A stretch of DNA of 63,517 bases, the filler included, from Welwitschia mirabilis (taxonomy: Eukaryota), in NCBI GenBank assembly GCA_051453625.1. It is 5 parts of one record of this genome, joined end to end, with 100 filler letters (N's around TTAATTAATTAA, not from the genome) between each part and the next. Parts side by side here need not be neighbours in the genome. Positions count along the whole stretch, not along the records: positions 26,007 to 55,835 come from JBOZIK010000001.1; 4 more parts are not named here. One strand, given 5' to 3'. The first letter of the stretch is position 1, and every line of letters starts with the position of its first letter. The position numbers and the translations under genes are program-made. This document shows positions 38,598 through 53,340 of this stretch, in pieces. The notes below the pieces were generated by a model. It saw only the letters and a program-made list of their open reading frames with translations, had not been told where the DNA came from and ran no database searches.

Positions 38598-41500
38598 TGT
38601 CATGACCTATTTCTTGGGTTACACCTAAAAGCATGAAGTTTTTTTCATTAATTTATATGATAAGATTAAATATTACAGTGAAATAATTTATGTTAGATTA
38701 AGAGACTTACCTCTCAGTTACTTATAGAAATTACATTAAGTGAACTATGTGATGATACCCCACTTGACTAATATCATAACCACTCTAAAGGTTAAATTGA
38801 AATCTCAATTAAAATCACATAAAATAAGTGTGTAGGTTGTAGTTGAGTGGTTGGTTATACTAATAACTAAGAAACCATGCCTACATAATCCTCATTTAGA
38901 GGTGTTTAGACCAAACATAGTTCTATCTTATATCTTGATCTGGTCTCTACCAATATGCATGAGCATAAGATAGATTAAATTTATTTGTATCAGTGGAATG
39001 CAATAATCCTAGGCATGAAAGAATATAAGAAATCAATATTCAAATAAACAATAATAGATATCAAACACAAATATATGTACATATGCATAGTAGCTATATG
39101 TANNNNNNNNNNNNNNNNNNNNNNNNNNNNNNNNNNNNNNNNNNNNNNNNNNNNNNNNNNNNNNNNNNNNNNNNNNNNNNNNNNNNNNNNNNNNNNNNNN
39201 NNNNNNNNNNNNNNNNNNNNNNNNNNNNNNNNNNNNNNNNNNNNNNNNNNNNNNNNNNNNNNNNNNNNNNNNNNNNNNNNNNNNNNNNNNNNNNNNNNNN
39301 NNNNNNNNNNNNNNNNNNNNNNNNNNNNNNNNNNNNNNNNNNNNNNNNNNNNNNNNNNNNNNNNNNNNNNNNNNNNNNNNNNNNNNNNNNNNNNNNNNNN
39401 NNNNNNNNNNNNNNNNNNNNNNNNNNNNNNNNNNNNNNNNNNNNNNNNNNNNNNNNNNNNNNNNNNNNATATATCTATCATAGAAATATTTTATTTTAAG
39501 GAAATGCCTTGTAAGAACCTAATTTAATCTGAAGTATGAAGCCTATGATTAGGTGTCATAACCTATTTCTTGGGTTACACCTAAAAGCATGAAGTTTTTT
39601 CCTCCTAAAAATTAACTTTATTACATTATAATTCATTAATTTATATGATAAGATTAAGTATTGCAGTCAAATAATTTATGTTATATTAAGAGACTTACCT
39701 CTCAGTTACCTATAGAAATTACATTAAGTGAACTATGTGATGATATCCCACTTGACTAATATCATAACCACTCTAAAGGTTAAATCGAAATCTCAATTAA
39801 AAGCACATAAAATAAGTGTGTAGGTTGTGGTTGAGTGGTTGNNNNNNNNNNNNNNNNNNNNNNNNNNNNNNNNNNNNNNNNNNNNNNNNNNNNNNNNNNN
39901 NNNNNNNNNNNNNNNNNNNNNNNNNNNNNNNNNNNNNNNNNNNNNNNNNNNNNNNNNNNNNNNNNNNNNNNNNNNNNNNNNNNNNNNNNNNNNNNNNNNN
40001 NNNNNNNNNNNNNNNNNNNNNNNNNNNNNNNNNNNNNNNNNNNNNNNNNNNNNNNNNNNNNNNNNNNNNNNNNNNNNNNNNNNNNNNNNNNNNNNNNNNN
40101 NNNNNNNNNNNNNNNNNNNNNNNNNNNNNNNNNNNNNNNNNNNNNNNNNNNNNNNNNNNNNNNNNNNNNNNNNNNNNNNNNNNNNNNNNNNNNNNNNNNN
40201 NNNNNNNNNNNNNNNNNNNNNNNNNNNNNNNNNNNNNNNNNNNNNNNNNNNNNNNNNNNNNNNNNNNNNNNNNNNNNNNNNNNNNNNNNNNNNNNNNNNN
40301 NNNNNNNNNNNNNNNNNNNNNNNNNNNNNNNNNNNNNNNNNNNNNNNNNNNNNNNNNNNNNNNNNNNNNNNNNNNNNNNNNNNNNNNNNNNNNNNNNNNN
40401 NNNNNNNNNNNNNNNNNNNNNNNNNNNNNNNNNNNNNNNNNNNNNNNNNNNNNNNNNNNNNNNNNNNNNNNNNNNNNNNNNNNNNNNNNNNNNNNTGCGT
40501 GTGTGTAGTAAACCCCCTAGTAACTTGGCCAAAATATCCATTAATAATCATTCCTCACCAAGAATAAAAAACTTCTCATATCTTACTATAATGTCTTAGT
40601 GAAAGTCCATGGGAGTGAAGATATCATAATAAAATCTCTTTATAGCAAACTTATTCAAAAATATGATTAAGACACACATACATACATACATACATACATA
40701 CATGCCATTTTAGCAAGGTACCTCATAGCTACTCCTTTTATAATGTAACATGATGAATATACTAATATATAAGTATAAAATGTAAAANNNNNNNNNNNNN
40801 NNNNNNNNNNNNNNNNNNNNNNNNNNNNNNNNNNNNNNNNNNNNNNNNNNNNNNNNNNNNNNNNNNNNNNNNNNNNNNNNNNNNNNNGTGTAGTAAACCC
40901 CCTAGTAACTTGGCCAAAATATCCATTAATAATCATTCCTCACCAAGAATAAAAAACTCCTCATATCTTACTATAATGTCTTGGTGAAAGTCCATGGGAG
41001 TGAAGATATCATAATAAAATCTCATTATAGCAAACTCATTCACAAATATGATTAACACACACATACATACATACATGCCATTTTAGCAAGGTACCTCATA
41101 GCTACTTATTTTATAATGTAACATGATGAATATGCTAATATATAAGTATAAAATGTAAAAGAGAATATTCCCTATTCGACTAATTAAGTCACTAGTCTTA
41201 ACAAACTTAGCTCAGTAGAAGTCAAGGGGTAAAGATCGCTAATTAAATACCTAATTATTTCAATGAGCATCATAGAATAATAATTATTATTATATAATTA
41301 TATACGTAAGATAACAATTAGGTACTTGAAATATTTAACTCTTATGCATGAACATGTAAGAAATTATATTTAAGAATACATACCTAGAAAGCATTAAGGA
41401 TATAGAAGCAACTATGATCATTGAATATTATGCTAAAACCTACATCATTGTATAACTATACTACACATAATATAGTTGCATTGAATCACATCAAAACACA

Positions 41501-42463
41501 TAGTATTATGACCAAAGAACTTCATGACTATTTCTTTTGTAATACTAACATAGTAAAATGAGGTCTGTAACTTAANNNNNNNNNNNNNNNNNNNNNNNNN
41601 NNNNNNNNNNNNNNNNNNNNNNNNNNNNNNNNNNNNNNNNNNNNNNNNNNNNNNNNNNNNNNNNNNNNNNNNNNNNNNNNNNNNNNNNNNNNNNNNNNNN
41701 NNNNNNNNNNNNNNNNNNNNNNNNNNNNNNNNNNNNNNNNNNNNNNNNNNNNNNNNNNNNNNNNNNNNNNNNNNNNNNNNNNNNNNNNNNNNNNNNNNNN
41801 NNNNNNNNNNNNNNNNNNNNNNNNNNNNNNNNNNNNNNNNNNNNNNNNNNNNNNNNNNNNNNNNNNNNNNNNNNNNNNNNNNNNNNNNNNNNNNNNNNNN
41901 NNNNNNNNNNNNNNNNNNNNNNNNNNNNNNNNNNNNNNNNNNNNNNNNNNNNNNNNNNGAACTTCATGACTATTTCTTTTGTAATACTAACATAGTAAAA
42001 TGAGGTCTATAACTTAAAATATTTACACTGCTAATTAGATAATACAAAGAAACCCAAATCATATTATGCCCTATATATATGTATATGTTTTACATCTAAG
42101 GGTCATGATAATTTAGTAAGTTATTTAAATATCTAGGCCTTTTATTGGGTTTAAGGTACTTTTCACCTTAATATTATGATTACTATTTTATAGGGTTGAC
42201 ATGTCAACTTAATACCTTAATGTAGACTCGAAGCGTGNNNNNNNNNNNNNNNNNNNNNNNNNNNNNNNNNNNNNNNNNNNNNNNNNNNNNNNNNNNNNNN
42301 NNNNNNNNNNNNNNNNNNNNNNNNNNNNNNNNNNNNNAATACCTTAATGTAGACCCGAAGTGTGTATCCTATGCTTAACATGTAACTGAATTAAATTAAG
42401 TATAATAACATATAATTCAATACTATTATTATATAACATTTTAAAGGCCCTTAATACATCACA
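38598..42463 (-). mobile_element. Long LTR of a Tekay/Del-like Ty3/gypsy (with gap-flank duplications); right boundary uncertain
   Basis: Starts TGTCATGACC exactly where the 8.5-kb duplication stops. Colinear with 53341-55780. Contains (CATA)n. Candidate other end ...CATCACA at 42463; no TSD or PPT confirmed. Confidence 0.6.
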
Positions 42464-42959
42464 AAAATTAAGAAATGAAATATAATTATTATTTAATTAT
42501 TTAACCTTTTAATTAAATAATTTATGAAGTATTAATATGGCTAGTAGCTAATTATCTAATGTTCATGTTAAGTAGCTAAACCAATTAATCTTACACTACA
42601 TTTCAACTATATATTATAAGAGACAAAAGGAAATGTGGCAGAACTAGAATTCTATCATATTAAAGAGAGAAAGACATGAAAAGTTTTAAGACTAAATGCT
42701 TACTTAATAAGAACAACTAACATATACATTTATTACTAGAGGGTACATTAATTTATTGTAGTAAAACAAAATGTAGCACACAATCTAAAAATTAGAAATA
42801 AGAAAACAAATATTATTAAAATATTTTTTATCACTTTATATTTTAATTAATCATGTCATTTAGTAAGAGGATATTAATCCAATGACATTATTCCCTTACA
42901 AATGATTGTAAGATTATGATATGAGGAAAAAAAGATATGGAAAATCATAAAATAGAAAG

Positions 42960-44690
42960 TAACATAAGAAGTTGCTAAAACAAAGTTAATCCACCTTAGT
43001 AAATAAATTTGTCAAAACTTTTTTCTAACTAGAGACTATGATGGATTTTCTCTATTTGAATTCTTCATTAGTAAGCTTAGCCTTCAAAAGATCTAGTTCT
43101 TCCTATTATTATTTTATATTTTCTATTAAATTCTTTATTCTTTAACTTTTAAGTTAAGGGCATTGACGCTCATGTAACTTTACTACTAATAGTTTCTCTA
43201 AAACTTCTAGTTGCATAAAAATGTGAATAGGACATACACCATTCAAGCAAAGAGTATTTTCACTTATATCATACTCAAGAGTTATTTAATGATTTAAGTT
43301 CATTCTTTTCATATAATTTCATGCATGCTATTAAACCATTGACATATAGATTATTATAAGCTAAAAAATCTGAGAAGAGTAATAGCAATTTCTAATTTTC
43401 TTTGTAATAACAAAAGAATGACTAACTGAGCATGATTCACCTAAAGGCATAAATAATCTTTAATTCTAAACTCCCTACTCTAAAGAGCATTACCATTAAG
43501 TTTTAACTATTCTAAGCCTTAATGGAGGATTTACTATGCTAGATCTAATCCTACTTCATTGAAGCTTCCTCTAAAGAAACTATGGAACTTCCTCTAGAAT
43601 TTTCCTCACTTGGTAAACTATGCTTGGGTATTAACTCCTCCTCAGTTCCACTACTTGACTTTCTCTCTACCTGGCCATTTTGTTTCTCTAGATTTGAAGC
43701 TATTTCCTTGACTTCTTCTTTATTTTCGATTTTCTTGGTTTTCTTGGTCTAGATTGGTTTCTAGATAGGAGTTGGTTTCTTTATGCATACCACTATCTTA
43801 TGACCAAAGCATCTACAATAGGTGAATTTTGTAGAAGTCCACTCATATTTGATGTGTTACTATAATGTTTCACTTTTAGGTCCTTTTAAAATAACTGAAG
43901 ATGATAACTCAAATTTAGTAGTAATTTCTACATAGAATCTAGCATAACTTAGTATTCCTTAACTCTTAGTAATTTCATTCATGTAAATTGGTTTACCTAA
44001 GATGCTACCAATCTTGGAGATGATTTTTTCTAACCACAAATATAGGTTAAGGAATGGAAGTTTTATCCACATGAGAAAACTAGAAATTCTTTCTATATTA
44101 ATATCTAAATTAGGCTTCTAGGGCTTTAAAATTAGTAAACGATTATCAAAAGATCATGATCCTCTATCCAAAATGTTCTACATATCCTCTATGGGTTAAA
44201 ACTTAAATATAAATATACCTTTTTTAATTTGTGATACTGAAACTGTCGAGCCATCCTACCCATTGTGCACATATATTTGAACCCTCAAGATGAGAGTTTT
44301 CAATCCATAAATGAAACCTATAGTGGAGTTCTCCAATTTTAAAATCCCTAGGTTTCATTCTTGTTTATCAATGGTAATTTCTATTATGGAGTATTATTAT
44401 GGATAAAAATCTAGATTCATCCTTGAGTCTATATTCCTGTTCTAGGCAACAATGTTAGCCCAAGATTCTGCTCATTCTTGATTCTCTAGTTGCTTTAATT
44501 TCTCCACTTTTGTATTCATTTACTTTTAGAAATTATAGCTGGACCTCAATGGCCTTGAAAATGGCACCATATTAAAGTCTATTCATGCACACCACCACTT
44601 CTATATTCTAGGCCCTAATTGGTGTAGAGCTAAAATGTGGTGGAGCTTAGTGGTATGTAGCAAAGGGTTGTTCACGTGCTCTACTTACAT
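42960..44690 (-). mobile_element. L1-type LINE fragment: ORF1 (DUF4283 + zinc knuckle) and remnant of the ORF2 linker
   Basis: DNRLLILKP*KP...MWIKLPFLNLYLW..KIISKIGSILGKPIYMNE...SYARFYVEI; YEWT..KFTYCRCFGH...C. Confidence 0.85.
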
Positions 44691-44929
44691 GCTCTACTCA
44701 TGAAATTAATACTTTATATTATCTATTAAATAATATTTAGGATAACTAAATTATTTTCACAACTCAGCTATCCAAAAGAATAAAATTATGACTTATAATC
44801 AAAGGAAATATAGAAGAGGCCAACATAAAGGATTAATGGATAGTAATCCCAGCTAATGAAAAAAGCAAGACAGAACGTAAGAGGTCTAAATTCAATTAGA
44901 GCAAGTACAAGTAATAGCACATAATTGCA

Positions 44930-47900
44930 TGAAAATGCAGATTAGAGGTATGTCCATAATTTTTTCCATTACTTTAATGGTAGAAGTTTACTTCTTTAGA
45001 ACTCATTGGCATCAAATGTTTTAGTTCTTTTTATTTANNNNNNNNNNNNNNNNNNNNNNNNNNNNNNNNNNNNNNNNNNNNNNNNNNNNNNNNNNNNNNN
45101 NNNNNNNNNNNNNNNNNNNNNNNNNNNNNNNNNNNNNNNNNNNNNNNNNNNNNNNNNNNNNNNNNNNNNNNNNNNNNNNNNNNNNNNNNNNNNNNNNNNN
45201 NNNNNNNNNNNNNNNNNNNNNNNNNNNNNNNNNNNNNNNNNNNNNNNNNNNNNNNNNNNNNNNNNNNNNNNNNNNNNNNNNNNNNNNNNNNNNNNNNNNN
45301 NNNNNNNNNNNNNNNNNNNNNNNNNNNNNNNNNNNNNNNNNNNNNNNNNNNNNNNNNNNNNNNNNNNNNNNNNNNNNNNNNNNNNNNNNNNNNNNNNNNN
45401 NNNNNNNNNNNNNNNNNNNNNNNNNNNNNNNNNNNNNNNNNNNNNNNNNNNNNNNNNNNNNNNNNNNNNNNNNNNNNNNNNNNNNNNNNNNNNNNNNNNN
45501 NNNNNNNNNNNNNNNNNNNNNNNNNNNNNNNNNNNNNNNNNNNNNNNNNNNNNNNNNNNNNNNNNNNNNNNNNNNNNNNNNNNNNNNNNNNNNNNNNNNN
45601 NNNNNNNNNNNNNNNNNNNNNNNNNNNNNNNNNNNNNNNNNNNNNNNNNNNNNNNNNNNNNNNNNNNNNNNNNNNNNNNNNNNAGAACTCATTGGTATCA
45701 AATGTTTTAGTTCTTTTTATTTACCTCTAGTTAATCCATTATGAAATTGATGTTAATGGTAACACTATATATCTATCTTTCATTTATGATTTTAAGATGG
45801 TTATAGAGAGGTAATCATTATGGAATGAATTAAATCAAATAGTTAAGATAACGCGTCACTCATGGGCTTTGTTAGGAGACTTCGACTACATAGTAGGCCC
45901 TTAAGAAAAAGTAATCAGTAGTCTAGTAGGCCTTAAAAATATAGAGGAGCTTCAAAATTTGTTTCAAAAATCCTTTCTAATGGGTTCAAAGAGTGAAGGA
46001 TGTTTCTCTACTTGGTCAGATAGACATGAGAACAAAGGTCGAATTCTATGCAAGTTGGATAGAGCTTTGTTAAATAATAAGTGGCATGATTTTTTCTATT
46101 CTTGTACAATGAATTTTTCACCCCTAGAACTATCTAATCATTTTTTAATAATAGTCAATTATAATGTAAATGTTAAGCCAAAACCTCCATGTAGGTTTTA
46201 TAGATTTTGTTGTAAAGAAATAGGATTTTTAACTATTGTTTGATATTACTCAAAGTTCATTTTGTTAGTAATTCATTGGCTGACATCAGGGAAAAAAAAT
46301 TCAGGCACATCAAATAAGGGTTTAAGGAATAGTTTAGAAATTATATTAGGAGTACTAGTCAAAATGTGAAGAATGTAAGCGAAGACCTAACTTTTATATA
46401 ATTTCTTTTAGAAAAATCTGCTAAAAATGCAGAATTTCTTGAGAAGGAAAATTATCTCATTTCTCAATATAGGAAATTACTCAAACAAAAATATCTCTTC
46501 ACTAAGTGAAGGACCAAGATCAAATGGGCTCAATAAGGAGATCTAAAGACAGCCTACTTTCATTCTTGCATTAAGAAAAGGAAACATGTGTCTTCAATTA
46601 GAACTATTCAAAATACTAATAAATGCATGTTCAATTAGTTCCAAGAAGTAAAAAGGAAATTATTTATTTCTTTGAAAATAAGTTAGGTCCAGAAACAATC
46701 ACTATCAATCTAAACTATACTATTATAAATGAGGGACTAAAACTTAATGCCTCTCAATGTATTCAATTATGCAGACTAATTTTCTGTAAGGAAATCAAGA
46801 ATGCATTTTTCATCATAAATAATGATAAATCACCTAGCCCTAATGGTTTGATAACAAAATTATTTAAGACTTCTTGGTCTATAATAGGTGAAGATATTTG
46901 TAAGATAGTTAGACACTTTTTAAGAGAATCCAACATACCTAAAGAAATTAACTTCATAACTATTGTATTAATTCCAAAAGTTTCTTGCCCTAACTTTACC
47001 TCCAACTTTAGATCAATCACTTATTTTAATGTGGTATACAAATCCATTTCTAATATCATGACCCAAAGAATCAAAGACGTGATTATCGATATAGTAGGAT
47101 ATAGGCAAGAAGTGTTTATGCCTCATAGAAGTATCATTCACAATATTTTACTATCTTAGGAACTGGTATAGCACTNNNNNNNNNNNNNNNNNNNNNNNNN
47201 NNNNNNNNNNNNNNNNNNNNNNNNNNNNNNNNNNNNNNNNNNNNNNNNNNNNNNNNNNNNNNNNNNNNNNNNNNNNNNNNNNNNNNNNNNNNNNNNNNNN
47301 NNNNNNNNNNNNNNNNNNNNNNNNNNNNNNNNNNNNNNNNNNNNNNNNNNNNNNNNNNNNNNNNNNNNNNNNNNNNNNNNNNNNNNNNNNNNNNNNNNNN
47401 NNNNNNNNNNNNNNNNNNNNNNNNNNNNNNNNNNNNNNNNNNNNNNNNNNNNNNNNNNNNNNNNNNNNNNNNNNNNNNNNNNNNNNNNNNNNNNNNNNNN
47501 NNNNNNNNNNNNNNNNNNNNNNNNNNNNNNNNNNNNNNNNNNNNNNNNNNNNNNNNNNNNNNNNNNNNNNNNNNNNNNNNNNNNNNNNNNNNNNNNNNNN
47601 NNNNNNNNNNNNNNNNNNNNNNNNNNNNNNNNNNNNNNNNNNNNNNNNNNNNNNNNNNNNNNNNNNNNNNNNNNNNNNNNNNNNNNNNNNNNNNNNNNNN
47701 NNNNNNNNNNNNNNNNNNNNNNNNNNNNNNNNNNNNNNNNNNNNNNNNNNNNNNNNNNNNNNNNTAATAGAAGTATCATTCACAATATTTGACTATCTTA
47801 GGAACTGGTATAGCACTATGGAAGAAAGCATGTTAGTTTGAGATGTGGCCTTAAGTAAATTTAAAAAAAGCCTTTGATTTAGTGTCTCGATAGTTTCTCA

Positions 47901-50040
47901 AAGATCTCTTGAAAGAACTAGGTTTTTCATTTAAAGTAATTAACTAGATTATAGCTTGTATATTTATGCCTTATTACTCAATTCTAATTAATGGAGAGTT
48001 CATAGGTTTCTTACTTGGTAGAAGAGGACTTAAACAAGGAGACCCTATGTCCCTTTACATCCTCATCTTGTTTATGGAATATCTATCAAGATGCTTAAAG
48101 AAAATGACTAATAAAACCTAATTTCATTATCATCCCAAGTGTTAAAGTCTTAAAATCTTGTATCTCTATTATGCAGATGACTTATTCTTGTTTTGTCGAG
48201 CATATGACACCTCTATTAAAATGTTGAATAGAACCTTAAAACACTTTTTAGAAGTCTCAGGTCTTAAAGAAAATATTACCAAAAGTTAAGCATTTTTTGG
48301 AGGTATCTCTAAAAGTCAAAAAGATAGTTTCCTTCAAATTTTGGAGTACTCAGAAGGTACCCTTCCAGTGAGATATATAGATATGTCTCTCACCTCTAAA
48401 ACATCTTCATTTTAGACTTTCCTCCATCATTTTGAGGATAATATATTAAATTAAATCTTGAAAAACTAAATTTCTTTCATCTACAAGCAGACTAGTGTTA
48501 GTTAAGAATATTCTCTAAATCCTTACATCTTTTTGGTATAGATTTTTTATTCTCCCTAAGAAAACAATCAATGAAATTAACTCTTTGTGTAGGAAATTCC
48601 TTTGGATAGGTTCTAATGATTAGACTAAGAAGGCCCTAGTGGCTTGGCACANNNNNNNNNNNNNNNNNNNNNNNNNNNNNNNNNNNNNNNNNNNNNNNNN
48701 NNNNNNNNNNNNNNNNNNNNNNNNNNNNNNNNNNNNNNNNNNNNNNNNNNNNNNNNNNNNNNNNNNNNNNNNNNNNNNNNNNNNNNNNNNNNNNNNNNNN
48801 NNNNNNNNNNNNNNNNNNNNNNNNNNNNNNNNNNNNNNNNNNNNNNNNNNNNNNNNNNNNNNNNNNNNNNNNNNNNNNNNNNNNNNNNNNNNNNNNNNNN
48901 NNNNNNNNNNNNNNNNNNNNNNNNNNNNNNNNNNNNNNNNNNNNNNNNNNNNNNNNNNNNNNNNNNNNNNNNNNNNNNNNNNNNNNNNNNNNNNNNNNNN
49001 NNNNNNNNNNNNNNNNNNNNNNNNNNNNNNNNNNNNNNNNNNNNNNNNNNNNNNNNNNNNNNNNNNNNNNNNNNNNNNNNNNNNNNNNNNNNNNNNNNNN
49101 NNNNNNNNNNNNNNNNNNNNNNNNNNNTAAGAAGGCCTTAGTGGCTTGACACATCTTAGTAAAAGTAAAATTAGTAAGGTATTTGGGTCTAATTAACTTC
49201 ATAAAGATCAATAAGGCACTAATTCTATTAAAACTTTAGGATTTAGCTCTTAAAAAAAGACAATCTATGGGTCAAATGATGTTGTGTATACTATTTTAAG
49301 CATTTAAACATTTGGCAATACCAGACAAATGAAACCACATCCTGAATCATTCGAAAAGTTATGAACCTCAAAGCTCAAGTAGAGACAAGTATTTACTCAA
49401 CATCAAAAATTTAGATTTGGAAGGCAGTTGGTACTCCTTTCTCCACTTCTGATACGTATACACAACTATGTAATCATTATTCCAGTGTAGATTGGTGCTC
49501 CTTAATCTATAAGAGGTATGTCACTCCCAAACACTCCTTCATATCTTTTAGTTAGCCTACAATAATAGGCTCTCTACAAAAGGAAGATTAATCAAATTTG
49601 GAATCTAGATTAATTCCATATATGGTTTTGTAGGAAGAATAATGAAATAATAGATCATCTTTTTGTTGAATGCCCAACTTGTTTTAGCTTTTTTAGAGAA
49701 GTGCTAAAGTTATTCCATCTTCAACATCCTTCAAATAACTGGATGGTCTTGTTACATTGGTTTAAACATAGATTCAAATCCAAATCCACTCAATACTATG
49801 TTATAAAATCATTGATTTCAACAAACATATACTCCATCTAGTAAAGTAGAAATGTAAAGGTCTTCAAAAATAAAGACTTCAAACCTTAAAGCTTAATCAA
49901 AAAAATTCAAGGTCAGTTAAATTTCAATCTTAGTTCTATTTAAAATTAAAAGATACCTAGTAGAATTATAGATGATATTAAATGATGGGTATTTTCCCCC
50001 AATTCATTAGCAAAAGAAACTAAATTATGAGCTCCCTATT
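44930..50040 (+). mobile_element. L1-type LINE ORF2 pseudogene (endonuclease, RT, zf-RVT); 3' tail may extend to ~50855
   Basis: WALLGDF, STWS...KLDRALLNNKW...LSNH (endonuclease). DKSPSPNG, NFRSITYFN, KKAFDLVS, GLKQGDPMS, YYADDLFLF (RT). AYNNRLSTKGRL...EIIDHLFVEC (zf-RVT). Confidence 0.92.
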
Positions 50041-51839
50041 TGTGTTCAATTACTTTGCCTTTTTAGACATAAGGATTTAGAAGATTTATTAAGATGCTGA
50101 TAAGAGATGATGAACTCCTATGGATTGATCATCAAGAGCATTTTATCTTTCTTGCAATTAAAGTCTAAGACTCATTTGAAGTTGTAAAAGGATAGAGTGA
50201 TCTGATATTTCTAGGTTCAAAAACGATAGTTTGTCACTCAATTAGCTATTATACATAATAGTAGACTATGTGGAGATGCATGTTTAGACTAGGAAATTTA
50301 GTGATCTCTTTCTTGAATAGGACACATAGTTTCTCAATTGATAATTCTATATCTCAATCTTACTAAGGGTTCTTTATCATGCCTATAAGATAGTTACAAT
50401 TTTCTTTAGTTCACTGAGGTTATGTAAATCAAGAGCTCTGTTCCCCTGAGAATCCCCTTCTATACTTATTTCTATTAAGTAGAACTAAGTTTCTTATAGC
50501 TATAGATGCAAGAGTACAAAAGAAACTATAAAAGAGCTAGACGCTCACCTCCCAAATTCAGTGTATCTAATTTTTGTTTGTTCCTTCTGCTATTCCTAAT
50601 TTAATATGTTGCTTATTATAGGAACTATTTCTTAAACTAATTATTATCTATTTTGATAGTTACCCCCTCATGTTTGTCCATGTTTTTAGAAGAGAGTATT
50701 TAAAGCATGGATCTCTCGGCTAAGCCATCAAATAAACCTTTTTTTTTTAAATTATTATATAACTAGATCAAGTTCTAGTTTCAAGGTCTATTTAAGGGTT
50801 TGATCTTCATCTTTTCTCTAGGAATAAGAATTTTTTTAATTTTATTCAAAAAAAAACTATTCTAAGCTATATTCTTCTAAATTATTATATTTTCTTATAT
50901 AACTATACTTTTTGAAATGCATCTAAGAAACTATAATAGATAATTGATAGAAGTATAACCCAAATAAAATAGCAAAAATAATATAGTCTATCAAATACAT
51001 GGATTGGATGTCTTATATAATAATTATAATTCAATCTTTATTTTCTTAATAGTCATAGTAAATGTTAACAAGGTCAATAGGTTGTATTACTAGGCAAGTA
51101 AAACCTTCCTACATTAAAAATTAAAATCCTATATAACAAATATGGTATGAAATAGAGGTGGATTATGATGTATTAGTAATGATTAATGTANNNNNNNNNN
51201 NNNNNNNNNNNNNNNNNNNNNNNNNNNNNNNNNNNNNNNNNNNNNNNNNNNNNNNNNNNNNNNNNNNNNNNNNNNNNNNNNNNNNNNNNNNNNNNNNNNN
51301 NNNNNNNNNNNNNNNNNNNNNNNNNNNNNNNNNNNNNNNNNNNNNNNNNNNNNNNNNNNNNNNNNNNNNNNNNNNNNNNNNNNNNNNNNNNNNNNNNNNN
51401 NNNNNNNNNNNNNNNNNNNNNNNNNNNNNNNNNNNNNNNNNNNNNNNNNNNNNNNNNNNNNNNNNNNNNNNNNNNNNNNNNNNNNNNNNNNNNNNNNNNN
51501 NNNNNNNNNNNNNNNNNNNNNNNNNNNNNNNNNNNNNNNNNNNNNNNNNNNNNNNNNNNNNNNNNNNNNNNNNNNNNNNNNNNNNNNNNNNNNNNNNNNN
51601 NNNNNNNATATAACAAACATGGTATGAAATAAAGGTGGATTGTGATGTCTTAGTAATGATGAATGTAAAATTTTAACACAATTAAGTTAGAAATCATATC
51701 TTAACAATTATTTCATCTAGTAAAGATAAATGATAATGATATAAAATAAATAGTTCATCTTTAAAGTAATAAATTCCTCAAATATTTGATAAAAATATTA
51801 CATTAAGGTGGATATCCAAACTATAAGTTAATTTCCATT

Positions 51840-53340
51840 TCTGAATGCATGAAATTTTAAAAATGAGAAAGAAAACTAATATTATAGCTTTTGATATTTT
51901 TCATTTAGTTTTGTATACATCATGGTATATAAAACTCTTAGGCACCTCAAGTTTTATATTCCTTCACATCAATGTTTGGTTTTCATCTTAAAAAAAATTA
52001 AAAACATTGCATAATATTGGATTTCATATCTAAAGTTCATTAAATGACTTGCTATTTTATGCAATAAATGATATTTCTTATGAGGATTAAAGTAGTTGTT
52101 GGAAATAATGTTGCTAATTTTTCTCCTTATAAAATATGAAAAGATTTGAGAAAAACTTCCTTCATTAGCACTGCTCTTGTGCTTTAGCATTCTTAACCAA
52201 TAATAGCGGATTCCATAAGCATCCTGACATAGATCCAAGGCATTTCTCTAAGAGGGTATAGTAGGTACTCATATGTGCCTCCATTAGATATGCCTTAGAG
52301 AAGCATAGATGCTTCTACTTTTAATGCCTAATATCTATGATTTCTTTTAATGAATTTCCTTTGACATTGCTCAAGTGAACTATGACCCTTCTTTTCCTTT
52401 TTCTATTGATACAACATTGTTGCTGAGATCACTACTATTCATCTATAAATAGCTGTAGAGACAAACTATCCAATAATAACTTGATTTCTATATTATTTAT
52501 TTATAAAAAGAGAATGAAGTAAAATGGAGCATAGTCAAAGTTAAGAATGAATCCTCCATTGAGAAAATACTAGAATTATATTCTAGCAATGATAGTACCT
52601 AAATAAAATGTAATGCCTTTGTTTCTATTATCTTTCTAGACAAATGCTGGATCACACCAATGTCAACTATGCATCTCCTCTTATTTGTGTGGATGCACAC
52701 ACAAAAAAAAGAAGAATATATATATATATATATATATATGTGTACAGAGAGAGAGTATTTTTGGTCATGTTTTAAGGAATTGTAAATTAGTTGTAAAGGC
52801 AAGGTAGAGACAAGGGCATGAGGTATGAAGCATAGTTTTTGGAATATTCGACTTGAAGGTTGTGAAAGAGAAAGATCTAGTCATGGATTTTATTCTTAAA
52901 GCTAGGCTTCACAATAATGTCTCTATTATATCATGCTTCTCTCAGTGATACCTCATAATTAGTTTAATAAAAATCATCATAGAATATCTAATATGCATGA
53001 TCTTCATTATTATTTGCACCCTCTGCACTAACTAATAAAAAATAAACAAATAAAAAGAAAAAAAAGAGGCAAAAGAAGAAAAGGCTTACATTTCATCTAC
53101 ATGCTCATAGTCATGGAATTTTACTACTATACTTGCAATCTTTAATTGATAAGTCATACTAACATTAGCCTTCAATACCAAATCATTGGTATTAACATAT
53201 AACAATCATTACATAATAATTAACACACTTCTTCAAATCATTTTAACATAAGGAATTCCAATGCATTAAATAGCATAGCCCTTTATACAACCATGACACA
53301 CATTCAGTAATGGATTTGAACCTATCCTATGATACCAAAA
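51840..53340 (-). mobile_element. PBS and decayed internal (gag-like) region of the Tekay/Del-like element
   Basis: CCTATGATACCA at 53326-53337 is a decayed Met PBS 3 nt from the LTR end at 53341. EKCLGSMSGC...LVKN (~52250-52185) may be a decayed zinc knuckle. Confidence 0.45.
52716..52739. repeat. (AT)12 microsatellite
   Basis: Directly visible. Confidence 0.9.
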
